DNA of 64,000 nt from Styela clava (GCF_964204865.1 NC_135260.1:8804001-8868000), one strand, 5' to 3'; positions 1 through 15,091 are shown, counted from the stretch's first letter. Notes: generated by a model not told the origin, from the letters alone. Numbers and translations: made by a program.

Positions 1-588
1 TTTTGAGAAATCTCGAATCATCTCAACTCTATTTGTACCGGTTGGAACTAATGAACGTTTTCTGCCCGGATCGTCACGAAGATTCGTTTCATCGTAGTTG
101 AAGATGTTCGTTGCAGGTAAACGCATCACTATTTCTTTACTCTCGTTGAAGTAATTCACTATTTCCTCTGACCCCACGGCTGCACGTGCTCTTTTAATGT
201 TTGAGGCAACTCTTTTGGATAACCGCTGCCTTTTGCAAAAATTATCCACCCACATCGGGCCGGGTTTGTTGTTGGGGAACGTAGGAGAGCTTATTCCCAT
301 TGCATCCAAATAATTTTTGACAATGTTGCACATGTCCTCCGGTCCAATGGGATATCCCCAACGTGCAATGATTTCGAGGCTATTAGCAAATCGCTTCTCC
401 TCTTCATTGGTTAAACCAGTCGGGCGACCAATACTTTTAGTGTGAGTCTTCTTCATTTTGTCGAATAATGTCGACCTTTTCACGGCATTGCGTTTAGCTG
501 CTTTCGCATACGACATCCCTGCTCTAACATCAGCCATAGCCTTTTGCAAGTCCTCGCTATTGCAGGAGTTGTAAGTTCGCTTTGGCAT
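1..588 (-). mobile_element. pogo/Tigger-like (HTH-psq + CENP-B HTH + DDE_1) transposase, 5' part; ORF runs off the left edge
   Basis: Manual translation from ATG at 588: MPKRTYNSCNSEDLQKAMADVRAGMSYAKAAKRNAVKRSTLFDK...GRPTGLTNEEEKRF...WGYP...NNKPGPMWVDNFCKRQ...NIFNYDET. No stop within the window. Confidence 0.85.
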
Positions 589-2623
589 CGTATTGATAGA
601 TCAGATTTAATGTGTTCACAGGTAGATAGATAAAGTCAAATGACAATAAACGGATAAAAACGGCAAAAAGAAACTTCGCCACTTTTTTTCATTTTGCGCC
701 TCACCTGTATGTGGTCCAACCTCCTGCTGTGTGCATCTATGTAGAGTTCTACGCTCACCTGTTAAAGATATTATTATCATCTGCCGATCGTAAACAGACA
801 TATCTAATCATTATGATCGTATAGATACATGTTTCAGGCCTAACGTATTACCAATTGCTACGGTATCTATCGGTGTCGGAGGAAGTATGCAAAAACAAAA
901 ATCGACAAATTTCATATGCATTAAGCGTATGCATACCCATATTTTTAAATAAACAAAATATGACTGAGACGATAGTGATGTTTTTGTAGGAATTAGTGAC
1001 TAGGATCATGGATAAGCATAATTTTTAAATTTCACAAAACTGGACGCCGCGATGTCTGGCGTTCAAATGTCGCAGCGAGTAACGCACGAGCTACGCAAAG
1101 TGACGTCGGCTACGAAGAGAGAGAAAGGGATTTGCGTCGTTGACGTCACGCTGTACGTAATCATCAAAACGTCGATATTTTGATGTAATTTTTAAATCTT
1201 TTTTTTTTTTTTTTTTTTTTTTATTGCATTTCATAAAATAAAACAATATTGCAATATAATTGCAATAAACAGTATCAATCAATAAATAATACATCACAGT
1301 AATACATAACAATATCATGGCAAATCATTTAGATTTTGATAAATTATTGCAGTAAACAATATTAATAAATAAATTTTAAATCAAAATAATCGATTTCACT
1401 CGAATCTCGTACGACACCTTGTGATCACTGTATTTTTTTGTATACATTGTGTACGCTATCTAGCGCTTGGCGGTGATTTGACGAAGGTAGCGTCTGTAGA
1501 AGTCACGATTTGAGCCGCTCGAAAAAACGGTGTCATTCTTTTGGTAAAATATGATTTTTTGAATGATAAAAAATCAAATCGAGCGATTGGAGGCTACGGC
1601 AGATTCAGATATGTAAGGCCTTACTATAGAAACCGACAGAAGCGCAATACGACGAAATTTAGTTGAGATATGAATGATTGCTTGGTTGAAAAAAGTAAAT
1701 CCACACAGTAAGTTTCGATTGAATTTCTCAGTCTTAATCCGGACACAGAAATCAAAGGCTGCACACAATTTGCGGTCTCCCTAAAACCAGGCACTTGCGA
1801 ATTCAGGCACTTTTTCAGGCACCATTTCAGGCACTTTGATATTTTTTATTTTAGGGATACAGGGATAGGGATATAATTTACATATTTATCCAGGGGGAGA
1901 GGAAAGCCGATAAGACAGCTTATCCATATGGTGAACCAACCATTTTTACCGTACGTCATTGGGGTTTCCAATTTTCCTGACAAGATAATTAGATTTTAAA
2001 TAAATTTTTGCATCCCTATATTGCAGTATTGCAGTATTGCAATAAAACAATACTATTTCCGATTTATTAGGGTATAAATATTTGTATTCGCTTCAAAACC
2101 TGAAAACGGATGGCCTATCTATATTCAGATACCTATTGTAGGTAGGTACGGTACGGTACGTACTACCGGTACATACTGTACATCATCATACAGTCGTATT
2201 TATTTATTTTAGCATATGTATATGTATATGCATTTTAGCACGAGGTCACCGCCGATCTCGAATAGAATTATTTGATTAGTTTATATTCAGTAAAAAGTCT
2301 TGTTTGTAGTACCGTACGGTACAGTAGTGCCTGTGTCCCTGTTCAGATGCTTCCCGTACCGGTACCGCCGTACCGGTATTCTGGTATTCCACTTGCATGA
2401 ATGCTTTTTTCTGAAACTTCATTCTCAAAACTGTGATTACTTTTCTACCATCAGTTTTGTATAGTCTATTAAATCATATAGGCTAGTTTTTAAGAGAGCA
2501 TATGTTCTTACCGCTGTATTGGTACGGTACCGTAATAATCTAATGTTATAACGACGAGCAGAAGAGTGTGTTATACAAATTCAACTTTTCATCTTGCTGT
2601 GTTGTAACTTTTGAGCAACGAAA

Positions 2624-4979
2624 ATGGCTCTCATACCCCAAACAACTGTGCATCGTATAGTTATGCACACCATTGTAATACTTTTTGGAATTGGAGCATG
2701 GGTTGCAATAAATGGAGTGTTTGTTGAATTACCAATCCTTGTTGATAAGCTTCCTGAAGGCTGGAGTCTTCCATCATTTATGGTTTTATTGACCCAAGCT
2801 GCAAATGTTGGACCATTGGTTGTTGCTCTGATGCAGGTAATTTTGTATTGTGACATTTGTAAGACTAAATTTTGTAAATAAACTGATAGAGAAAGAGTGT
2901 CATTTGAAATCAAACTTTATTGCTTTTATGTAAACTTCATAGTAGGTCATAGTATATTTATGATGACCTATATGGTAAAATATATTGAAATTCCAATTAC
3001 TTTATCTATTTTTATTTTATCCAATTTTTCATTTCAGGCATTTGCACCAAGACATTACCATCAGAATGCTCTTATTTACATCATGCTTGTACTTGGAACA
3101 TTGTCATGCTTCCTGCTTATATTTGTATGGGACATCACCACAGTTGTGGCAGGGAACGAACATAGCATAGCCTTTTTTGCTTTGTTTCTAGTACTGGCTT
3201 TTGTTGATTGTACATCCTCAGTTACTTTTATGCCATTCATGACACGATTCCAGTCTGTTTTTCTTACAACGTACTTTATTGGTGAAGGATTAAGTGGTTT
3301 TGTACCAAGTATTTTTGCTCTCATACAAGGAGCATCAGAGGCGTACTGCAAGAATGAATCATTTGTGAATACGACTACAAATGAGACGACCTACCATATT
3401 GTTACACATTATTATGATCCTCGCTTCTCAGCAGAAGTGTTTTTTGGGTTTCTTTGTGTCATGATGATATGCTGCTCTGCTGCTTTCATTATGCTGAATC
3501 ATCTGAGAATTGCAAAATCTTTTATGCAAGAAGAAGATCAAGACTCACATGATTATGATGAGACTGATGTACACAAGTCAACTTCAACTGAATTATCAAC
3601 TTTAGATCCAGATAATGGAACAGAATTTTATACTAGAGGGAAAGAGCAGACACTAGATGATATTACAAGTCAAACATTACCTTCATCAAGAAGAAAATTG
3701 TCGTACCAACAATACGCTTATTTTTATTTGATGGTTCTATGGATCAGTGGAATCTCAAATGGTGTTATGCCTTCTGTTATATCATATTCATCTTTGCCTT
3801 ATGGTCAATTGCCATATCATTTTGCTGCCACACTTGGGGCAATGGCAAATCCAGTTGCCTGTTTCATTGCGTTATTTCTGCCGGTAACTTCAGAGTTAAT
3901 CATTGCTGTTTTTGTCACTATTACAACAGGTCAGTGGGTTTATTGTTCTGCTGTTTAAGCTGCGATTTCTTATTAAAAAGTTAGTAATTGATTAATTGTG
4001 TATTGTGTTAATATTAATATGATTTATAATTTGGAAGAATGGTGGCATTACTTGAAGATCTATAAAAATTGAATCTATAAAAAAGTCACTGTATTTCCAA
4101 TGATTCTATTTTATTTATGGATACTGATTCTTGTCCAATTTATTTAGAACTCACATTTGCTTAATAATTATATGTTTAACATAACCAATAACCATATGCT
4201 AAGTGATTAGGAAGAACTCCGTTTTACTGCGTAATCAGAAGAACTCTCATATTCTTCCCTTAATGTTCTGAAACATATTTTTCTCTTTGTTGAATTAAAT
4301 TTAAAATTTGAGTTAATTGAAGGTTTATTTCAGGTTTTGCGTCATATCTCATGTTGTTGGCAGTTGAAAGTCCATGTCCAATACTTGTTGATACCAATGG
4401 TGGTGCGATACTTATGGTGAGATATAATTATTTAAAATTTTTTGTTTCTGTAAATTTCAGTTTGAAAAAGTGTTTCTTATATATTGATGAATTGTTCCTT
4501 ACAAATTTCAATAATTTACGTCGGTTGTGAATTGTGATATCACTGATATTGACTGAAATTTCTAGGTGGTTTCGTTGAACTTTTGTTACCTCTTCCCCTC
4601 TTACATGATTTTATAAACATCAGACTGGGTGGTTATTCTTGATTTTACTGATAGATTCTTAAGATATTAATATGATAGTGTCTAGTGATCGCTAATCTAA
4701 TAGAAAAATGACATAGGCTATAATATGTTTTGTGATTCAGACATATTTGTATATATCTCTTTTCAGGTTATATCTCAAATCATGTTTGTGTTTACAACAT
4801 CTTATGCAAAAGTATCAATAGGTCAAATATTACGGGAAAGAGGACATCCAAAATCATTGGTCTGGTATGGTGCATTCACGCAACTTGGGTCATTAATTGG
4901 TGCATTGATCATGTTTCCGCTTGTCAATATCTATTATCTTTTTACACCTGGCGATCAGTGCACCACTGTTTGCGGATGA
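2624..4979 (+). CDS. SLC52A3: SLC52-family riboflavin transporter, 4 coding exons (2624-2836, 3038-3929, 4334-4416, 4767-4979), ~466 aa
   Basis: Motifs [70 protein letters not shown]; GT-AG sites with consistent phases. Paralogue number is nominal. Confidence 0.93.
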
Positions 4980-6613
4980 GAAAATTAGGATGCGATTGCT
5001 TTACTGATGACCAGCTTCAACATTCCCTTGTACATTCTTGGTTTCTATGGTTGTTAATACTGATTCTTTTCGAGTTTTGTATTATAGGAGAATTTTGCAC
5101 CATATTGTTTTTTTGTGATTACAGTACCATTCCATGGCTACTTTTTGGTTTTTATTTTTCAAAAAGATGTTTGTTTTCTGTTATAAAATCATGGCTTATT
5201 TATTTAACAGTCAAATATGAATAATACATTTTGTGAGTATAATAGGTCTTTAATATTTTGTGCCTTGGTCGTTTTATCATGTGTATGACATTCGCAACTG
5301 TGCATTTAGCAGTTATATGCTGGTAATTCTTTACAAATATATGCTGCCATTTACTGTTCATATATGAAATATCTCTTCGCTGAAAATGTCAGTCCGGTGT
5401 CTACTGTTCATTAAGGTCAGCAAGATCAGGGTTAGAAAAATTTTCACTTTTATTCTCTCCCACATTATTTGACACACGATTGACCAAGTTCAATGTTTTT
5501 ACATTTCAAAGTACTTGCCGTACATGTAGTATTCTTCAACTGTGTCTCTCATTACTATAATTCAGATATTGAAAATATATGTATAACTTAAGCGGTGAAA
5601 TATATTATTCATACAGTCATTTGTAAAAATGTTGTTTTTGTATATGTCTTATATGTCAAGTGACTTCTGTGTTATAAATGTCAGTGTTTATCCTTGATTT
5701 TCAAACTATCATTGAAGTTTATTATGTAAATGTTACCTAGCAATATGCTTCGTATTTGTGTAGGGATTAAATGTGGTCATCTGCATCAAGTTTAGCAATG
5801 TTTATGCCATCATGTTATTCCTTCATTTAAACAGAAATGCTTTGGCAGAGAAAATATATTCTAATTATCTAATACATCTTCTTCTATATTGTCTTTTGTT
5901 GTGATTATGCAGATTACACTCTTCTCTTTTTTTAGAAAACTTTCTTTTATGACATGAGGTTAAATCCTTCTTTCCAATTACAATAATATGAGATTGACCC
6001 AACTGTGACTAAAAACTGTGAAATGTTTGACCCGCTCTTTGAGGTCATCGTGCACAAGAATGCCTTGGCAAAATTGAAATAAATTAATGTGTGATAGTTT
6101 GATACCAATTTAATTGGATAATTAATTAATTATCATACATTGAGGACTTCAATTGAAGTTGAATATTTATGCAGACATTCCAATTTAGATCTCAGGTTTA
6201 CCTTCTGCTCGGGTATTGTTCAATACTCACCAATTTACTTGGCGAGTATTAAAATGGCGGTCAAACTAGGAAAATTTGTTACTTCTAAACCCAGTTGCAT
6301 ATAAGTAACCAATTTTTATAAAACTTGGTTTTGAACTAGTATGCAAAACATGATGTTTCACTTCAGTTTATGATTCTTCAATGATGATTATAATCGCTGT
6401 CGTCCGTCATTGTATGGTATCATATTTAATCATTGATACCCTATCATATTTATGTGTCAACATTGTCATAATTATAAATATTGTAGATGCCATTCTTATT
6501 TGCTGACTTTTTTTCTTTATAAATAGTTGCACTATTTGTCATTTCAGATCGGTTAAATATTGGTATTTAATGCAAGTGATTGTTGTTAAACATTGAGTGT
6601 AATAATCATCAGC

Positions 6614-9600
6614 ATGTTGAAATTTCAAGTTACTACTTTGCTCTCGGTTATCACAATCTGCTCTAGCTTGCGATATGGGTCACATTTTGATGAACCTGTT
6701 CTGCATATGGTAAAATCAGCTAGCAGTGGTGTAAAAGATCAAGAAACTACATACAAAATAAGTGACGCTGGTGGTTACGGTCGTATATTTGATGGAATTG
6801 GTGGACTCTCTGGTGGAGGTGCTACTTCTAGACTCCTAGTAAATTATCCAGAAAAATACAGGAACCAGATTTTAGATTACCTGTTCAAGCCTAACTTTGG
6901 AGCATCATTACATATACTGAAAGTTGAAATAGGTGGTGATGCTCAATCAACTGATGGATCGGAGTCATCTCACATGCATACAGAGGATGAAACACCAAAT
7001 TTTAATCGAGGGTATGTATACCAGAATTTTAAACTTTTTACTATCAAAAAAATTCTTATTGCCTTAGTTGTAGTTGATGTTGATGAAGAGATGTTAGTGA
7101 ATTGACATAAAATGATACAAGTTGCTATGCTCTTATTAAAGACTATATGTAAAACATATACTTTTATGTACAGGGTTTAAAATAGTAATTGTATTTTTGT
7201 CCAGTGTTTTCTAACTGATTTATGATGCCCCAGTTAGACAGTGGGTATAGTTCAATGGATCTCTAACATTCAATGATCCGATGCCCCCTTTCAAAGTATC
7301 TCAATACTAATGGCCACATGCTTTTCAATAGAAAAGTATGGTTTGTGATTGTTTCCAGTAGTTATTTTATCATGTTTAATAATAATAAAAACACATGTAG
7401 TTCTAAATTCCTAATGTGTGACATCCCTAGTTGAAATGAAATTTGAATATGTGCAATGAAATTGTAATCTTTTATTCATGATGTTTGTTATCAAACACTG
7501 ATAGTCAAATAGCAGGTTAGGCATTATGTGCATTCCGTTCCCATGCATGCAGTGAAATTTTATCAAGTGTTATTAAAATTTATAAATGATATCAAATAAC
7601 TTTGCACAAATGACTTGGACAGTGGTGTGGATGAGTATGCAATTTTTTGTTTGTTTGTGGATGTATATCATTATTTTTCTTTAAACTTAAAAGTTTTCTA
7701 CTTAGCCTAAGACTTTAACTCTCTGCCAATCTAACTGACAATAATATTTTTTCCCATATTATTTTATTAAAAGTTGCCTCACACCTTATCCCTAAACAAG
7801 GCTTTTTTCAAGCATTCACAGCCCGCTATGTTTTGGAAAAAGTACAATATTTGAGCGTACGGGCTAACCAATTTTAAACACCCTTGGTGGGGAAATCAAC
7901 CTGATTTGACGGTTCGCAATCATTGTTGAATTTTGTAACAAACTATCGTTTTTTGTTAGTACACTGTACGCATTATGGTATTCTGTATATCTACTGGTAT
8001 ATTATAGGTATGAATGGTGGCTGATGAAAGAAGCAAAACAAAGAAATCCTGACATCAAATTAGTGGGATTGCCGTGGGCATGGCCTGGTTGGGTAGGTCA
8101 GGGAACTGCTTGGCCATTCACAAATAACACAAAAGCAGTGGGATATATAATATCATGGATTCTTGGGGCCAAATCTGAACATGGTCTGACGATTGATTAT
8201 ATTGGAATCTGGAATGAAAGACCATATGATGCAGGATATATAAAGGTAATAAATGATTTAAAAATTATTTTTTGGAGGCTGAATTCTTGAATGCTAAATA
8301 TGTACCAAGCATAAGAACTGCAAATCAAAATCAGTTTTAATTGAAAAAAGTTTGAATAAAATAATGCATATGAAAAAGAAAGTTTTAACATTTCTAAAAT
8401 AATTTTAATGTGTTTGCATATAATCTGGTATGATTTGAATTTTAATGTCTTCCCAGGCTGGAAAATCCCATAATTGTGAAATTGTGATTGATGGCACAGA
8501 TTTGTGCCTGTAATATGAGAATTATTTTGATGCAAAATTAGTCAGCAGTGTGGTCATCTTTTACAAAGTTTTTGATTGTACCATGAATTGCAGCTTGTAA
8601 TTTATCTCTCGTATATTTGTTTTTTGTATAAACCACACACATTATGGTTTCAGTTGGCCAATTTTCTTATTGCTTCAAAAACAAGTTTCATTGAACAACT
8701 AAAATGATTATCTTATTGCAGCTTCTCAGGAAAATGCTTGACAGTCATAGTCTATCCAATGTAGCAATTATAGCTGCTGATGAATCACTTAGTTCAACAA
8801 TTGCTCAGGCGATCTTGAATGATTCTGAATTAGGTAATGCAGTTGAAATAATTGGGACACATTATCCTGGTACAATATCAACATCGAAAGCGATTCAGAC
8901 TCAAAAGAAATTGTGGGCCAGTGAAGATTACAGCACATATAATGATTATATTGGTATGTAAACAGTAAACACCCTCATGATATTTTATGTAATCATTGAA
9001 TGAATATGCTTGTTATATGATATTGATTTGAATTCACGTGTTTTATTATGCTGTACTGTTGCGGAATTATATATATGATTTAAGTTATAATATCATGGAA
9101 AATTTTATGTTGGCAATTGCCAAACTGGAAAGACACAGGCCCTACCAAATATTATTATCACTTCATATATCCATAGATATTAGTGGCTGCTTGTACAGGG
9201 CCTTGTTTGAAGCAAATAGAAAAATTAATCAATAGAAAATAAACATTGTATGAACAAACATACTTAACAAAATCAACTCTTTGAAGATGGCTTTCTTTCT
9301 TTGTAATTTCCTCCTTTTTCTCCATATTTTGTATTGTTGTTATCGTCTTCTGGCGTAATAAGCAGCTTGAATCCCACACTTTTACAGGTGCAGGTTGTTG
9401 GGCTCGTATTTTAAACCAGAATTATGTGAATGGCAACATGACTGCTACGATTTCTTGGAACTTAATCGCAAGTTATTATGACAATCTTCCCTTTAAAAGA
9501 TGTTCTCTGATGACGGCAGTTGAACCATGGAGTGGGCATTATGAAGTTCCCAGTGTTGTATGGATAACTGCACACACAACCCAATTTTCACGACCTGGCT

Positions 9601-12354
9601 GGATGTATTTAAAAACTGTAGGGCATTTGGAGAAAGGAGGCAGTTATGTGGCATTGAGCAATGGCAAAGAATTGACAATTGTAGTAGAAACTATGTCGCA
9701 TGATCATTCTAAATGTATTAGACCCCCATTACCAGGATATACTGTAGAAGCACAGAGTGTTACTTTTGAATTGGATGGATCTTTTGCGTCATCTGTCAAA
9801 AGTTTGAATATATGGACTTCAGAAATTGGAAAAGATTCCACTGATGATCAAATATTCAAGCATTCAACAGTGACAGTTTCTGACAACAAATTTACAATAA
9901 TGATGGAACCTGATAAAGTGGTGACCCTGGCAACTGTATCAACAGGTGAGTTTTAGCGTTTTTTTAATTTTGCTTTATTCCCTCATTGACTTTGAGTAAA
10001 GCTTGAAATTGTAGTCTCGCATCTTTTATTATTTTCATTGGAACAAGAAAGCAATACTCAATTAGTAGGGCGCCAAGGCGGCGTTGGTCCCACTCGCTCA
10101 AACAAGCAAAAATAGTACAGGGGATTGAGGGGAACTTATATAATACTCCATTGCCAAGTATAGGGACAAAGTAAGAGATTTCATTACTGGTTGAATATAG
10201 TCATGTATGCAAACAGTGTTTGTTCATCACATGATCTCCATTCTCCAATATCAATCATGCTGTGACATGATTTATTCAGTTGAGGTTGAAACAAATCAAC
10301 ACAGGACAAAATAAAAAAGTAGGAGCTTTCTGTAAAAATTTCAACCATTTTATTTTGTGGACCAATATAGCTTATCTTACCTATAGCTTTTGAAAATTGG
10401 AAAGCAACTGGTTTAGTAGTCAGAGAAGGGCAATGTTCGCAATAATAACAACAATTCAACAAAATGATCCAATCCATAGGTCCACTTTGTGCCTGGAAAA
10501 TGTCTCCTAAAAGATAGGTCGATTCCTAAATGATCAAGCCATATAAAATTGATATCTTAACCCACATAAGCACTCTGAACAACACAAGTTTATTAAAACA
10601 ATCCACTTGGTGTTTAATAACAGGACAACAACAACGACCACCGACAAAATAGTAATTAGGCGGGGGTTGCTTGCTTAGACCAACATTATTCAGCACTAGA
10701 CTAATGATTACATCAATTCACTGTGTATTTTCAGGTAACAAAGGTTTTTATGATGGAGTGCCTGCTTCATCACCCTTTCCATTTCCATATGAAGATAATT
10801 TTGACAACATGACACAATACACAGAAGCACATAATTTTGCTGATCAGTCTGGTACTTTTGAAATTTATGAAAACAAGACAAGTACAGATGGGCACCAGTG
10901 GACAATGAGACAGGTGCAGTAAGAGAATTATTTTTTTGCAATATACAGGATGTCACGTAATAGTACTAAAAATCTAGTTGCAAAAAAGAAAAGGCAATAG
11001 CCACATTATGCAGTACGATGGTATTTTAAGTATTGATAGAGGTATTGCGTGCTCCCAGGAAAGCAGGTATGTCAAATGACAACAGGATTTGACAAACATT
11101 GAAGATTATATTTGGCTTTGCCTGTATGAAAATGTGTGTCCGGGTCTTTCACTTTACTTTGGTGAATGGTTGGATAGAATGATCTAATGATAGCTTATTG
11201 TGTTCAATAAATATTAAATTTATGTAATTTACTAACAATTTAAGACAGCGTTGAGTGAGATTGCTTCAATTGTTTTATCTATTGATATATATTCAATAAA
11301 TGCCTTCTGTAAAAATTAAAATATACATATTATTTTATGTAGGTTGTTCCACAAAGACCTTTAACATGGTGTGATGATTCAGATTCGCCCATAACACTGA
11401 TTGGAAATCATTCCTGGACAAATATGAATGTCACTGTCGATGTCAAGTTGGAAGATTCATCCGGTGTGTTTGTAGCTGCCAGAGTTGATGCTGGAGGTTG
11501 TGATGTTCGCAATGCAAAGGGAGTATTCTTATGGCTACACAAAGATCAATCATGGACATTAACAACAACATTAGAAAGAAATAAGGTAAGTTTTGTTTGC
11601 ACCTAAGCAAAACTTTGATATTGAAGTTGAGTCCAACGTCTTTATCTTGTTTATTTAAAACAAGCATTGAATTGAATGCATTTCAATTGAGCTTGATTTA
11701 AACTCTTATGTTGAGAGTGTGAATGCACCAATCAAGATATCACTAATTGAAAATATTTTTTAAGTAAATTAAGTTCTTGTGAGGTTATGTATAATATAAT
11801 AAATATTAGCTAATAGAGTAAGCTATTATGCATATGGGAGGGATATCATGGCTCGGTAGTCGCATTGGATCTGGAAATAGATAGACATGGACTTGATTAA
11901 TTGAGAAACCCATATCTGACTATTGCCTATGTGAACCACCCTTTAGCTGCTAGTCTAGCAATGCCCTATATAAATTCATACAATTATTTCCATGTAAATT
12001 CAACATACAAAGGAATGGAAACGCAATTCCAAACAAAAGTCTTTTGACTGGATATTTGCTTAGTTATGCACTTTGAATAATGTATTCTCCTTGCTTTGTT
12101 TCTAGTATTTAGGTCGATGCTACTCTGACTGGGGATGTTGGCAAGGAATAGGCCTAAAAATGAATCAATCTGGATGGAACACAATCTCGGTTGCCATTAC
12201 CGACACTGTCGTTTACGGATACTTGAATTCTTTACAAATTTTCAAGAAATCTCTTTCTGATTTACCTGATATACCTAAAAATGGCTGGGCTGCTTTCGGC
12301 GTTCAGTCGTTTGCTTATGCACAATTTGATAATTTTGTTGTCAAAAAGGCATGA
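6614..12354 (+). CDS. GALC: Galactocerebrosidase (GH59), 7 coding exons (6614-7011, 8008-8245, 8722-8953, 9388-9945, 10735-10913, 11343-11585, 12106-12354)
   Basis: [64 protein letters not shown]; N-terminal signal-like stretch; exon phases join in frame. Confidence 0.95.
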
Positions 12355-12963
12355 TTCATTCAAATTGTAAGCAGATTTATTGCCAAATAAAATGGAATAG
12401 AAATCAAAACAGTGTACCTAGATTGCAATATTATCATTTCATTGAAATACATCATTTCCATCTCAGCTGATCGATATTGAATATAATTATGATTATGCAA
12501 TTTTTCTTTGTACTCATTAATTCTGATATTACAGTATATTTTTACAATCTTCACTATGATAACGTGCTATGCTGATGATTTATACATTGTTTCAATTACT
12601 CATATGCAGTATGGTGCCCTTCAATTGTGCTATTAATTTTTTTTAAATTAATAAAAGTGACAGAAATATTATGAAAAAATCGTGAATTATTCGTTTCTAT
12701 GGGCGGTAAAACTATTTGTAACCTTCAAAAACTGGTATGGGCAAACTACGACCCGCAGGCCAAGTCCTGCCCATTGGGTAATTCAATCTGACCCACCGGA
12801 TGCTGCCACAAACAAACCAATATCAAATTTGCTGTTCTACCTAAAAAATAACTCAGGGAATTTATTGAAATTGCGATTAAATTTAGTTTTGGCACAAATT
12901 ATTGTTTTTTGCTTTTGTAGCACTGTAAATATTGTTTCTAAAATTAACTTTTACGTACTACAT

Positions 12964-14065
12964 TAGGGGTTAACATATCTGGAAAGACAAATCCCTGACA
13001 GAATTTTAATGAGCCACATTGACCAATTTTACAACCAAAACAAATATATTGTGGTAGAAATTCACGATGTATCCAAAGACACAAGCTGTCGCCACTTTTT
13101 TTTTGGGAATAGAATAATTAAAGCAGCAAAATTATTGCCTAATCTTCAGCAATAGTGACTAAACGTTAGCACGGAATAAAGTAAGTGACAGGTAGTGCTA
13201 TAGCAACTAACCCCCAAATGTACCCCATTTCATGTTGAAATCATCATGACAAAGTTAATTTTTCCCAAAATTCGAACAAAGACTTTCGTAGGAATCAAAT
13301 TACACCAGGTTTAAGAACATAACAGGTTCCACCTAGTCATTATCAAATTAAAATTTATATTCTTAAGACCTTTGGCACTGATTGAAATAATTATATCTAA
13401 GTTCCCATCCGTACGATGTACATAATTACCCTTATTGAGATAATAGGAATTTCTGTTTATAACGTGAATCACGAGCTCACGTTTACAGCATTTAATTGGA
13501 TTTATGATCAACGTATAAATACGACTCCGATATCTTTCGAGAGGGGATAGAAGACGATGTAAACCATTCTAAGCTAGTCTGGATAAATGTTATAAGATTT
13601 ATATTCTGTGTATCGTGGAAATCTGAGAATAAAATCATATAGAGATTTTTAACGCATCTTCATTCACGTGGGCGTTGAAGCTGAAGGGTGAACGGGTGAC
13701 TTGCAAGTTCTGAGACAATCTACGAAATAGCAATATACGGTAACATCCCATTCATTTACTAATCACATATGCTATAGTGCAACCAAATTACCGAGTACAA
13801 AATGCTGGCAATTCAGGTCATATGTGACATAGTTTTCTGAATGCGATGCAATCCGTGTAGCACAAAAAAGCTTGCATGTGACATATCTCTGTAAAAATAG
13901 GACTTCGTGGATGCGCAATATATAAAAACTTGAGGATTTGTAGCAGGAATTCTCTGTATTGGAAATCCCTGACATTTGGGCACTTTTTAATATTTCTCCC
14001 TGACGCAAATTTGACCACTAAAATTCCGGACATGTCAGGGAAAAATCTGGCGTATGGCAACCCTA
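12964..14065. mobile_element. Non-autonomous hAT (Blackjack-like TAGGGTTGCCA end), nested
   Basis: Ends TAGGGGTTAACATAT...ATCCCTGACA and TGTCAGGGAAAAATCTGGCGTATGGCAACCCTA; degenerate TSD (tactacat / acttagat); absent from the paralogous site near 29990. Confidence 0.65.
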
Positions 14066-14073
14066 ACTTAGAT

Positions 14074-15091
14074 CTGGCATCACCAAACTACGGCCCGCGG
14101 CGTCCTTTCATCTGGCCCGCAATAACACGAAAAAATGGCGATTTTTTTTCAAGGGATTTCCCCCTGAGCATCGACTTCCTTGTTCATTTCGTAACATTGG
14201 CCAATCAGCAAGATGCAAGTGACGTAGCAATAGACCCCTTTGCATACGCTCAGACACTTTTGTCACTCGGACGGATTTTCAGCCGTGGTTCCAAACAATA
14301 CCTCGTTTTCGCGATTTTTAATGCTATGGACCTTTCCCCGAGCTTCGACTTTCTTCTTTACTTCGTGACATTGACCAATCAGCAAGATGCAAAAGTGACG
14401 TAACAATGCTCCTTTTTCGCATCCGCTCAGATACTTTTCTCACTCAGACAGATTTTCAAGCGCGGTCGTGAACATTACCTCGTTTTCGAACCATTCGTTA
14501 GTTTTCAGTTGTGTTTCGGAAATTTAAATATAAATCAGATAATTCAATGATCTCTCTACCTTCTTAGGAGTTTTAATTTAATTGCAGTAATAAAAAATTA
14601 GTGTAGATATAGCTGTAATAGACTGGGCTAAAATTCTTTACCGGGACTTTTAAAAAACAGAATGTGTATGCGATGAATCATAATGATGGTTTGAAACACG
14701 TACCCCATTTTACAAGCGCCAACTCACGAAATCACTCTTAAAATAAGCCCTGGAAATTTTGCAATGGTAAAGTATAAGAAGAATTTTTTCGGGGGTCAAA
14801 GGTTCATTCGTTAGTTTTTGGTCGTGATTCCAAAATTCAAGTATTATATGAATCAAATAAGTCAATCATCATTTGGACTTCTTTGGAGTTGTAGTTTAAT
14901 TGCGGGAACATAAAATTTCTAGAAATAGCTGTTAAAAAAATTCTCCACCGGTACGCAACGTTTTCTACGAAGGATGCACTCGTGGCGCGTGCTTTCGGCG
15001 AAACTGTTGCTGACAAAAATATTTGCCCGGCCCGTTTAAGCACAGTTTGAGTCATACATGGCCCGCGGCCAAAAAAGTTCGGTGACCTCTG
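14074..15091. mobile_element. Non-autonomous hAT-Charlie-like element, nested
   Basis: Ends CTGGCATCACCAAACTACGGCCCGCGG and GGCCCGCGGCCAAAAAAGTTCGGTGACCTCTG, followed by GTCTAGAT (Charlie-type NTCTAGAN target). Confidence 0.65.

Noticed and set aside
1786-1873. Four CAGGCAC repeats and AGGGATA repeats
   Set aside because: Probably transposon subterminal repeats, but no partner end or TSD was found.
4980-6613. SLC52-GALC as a trans-spliced operon (same strand, acceptor TTTCAG at 6542-6547)
   Set aside because: The 1.6-kb gap holds an AATAAA near 6078 and an AAAATGGCGG (YY1-like) motif near 6251, so an independent promoter with a 5' UTR intron is equally likely; undecidable without transcript data.
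13930-14403. 157-aa ORF
   Set aside because: Spans the junction of two non-autonomous elements and has no protein motifs.
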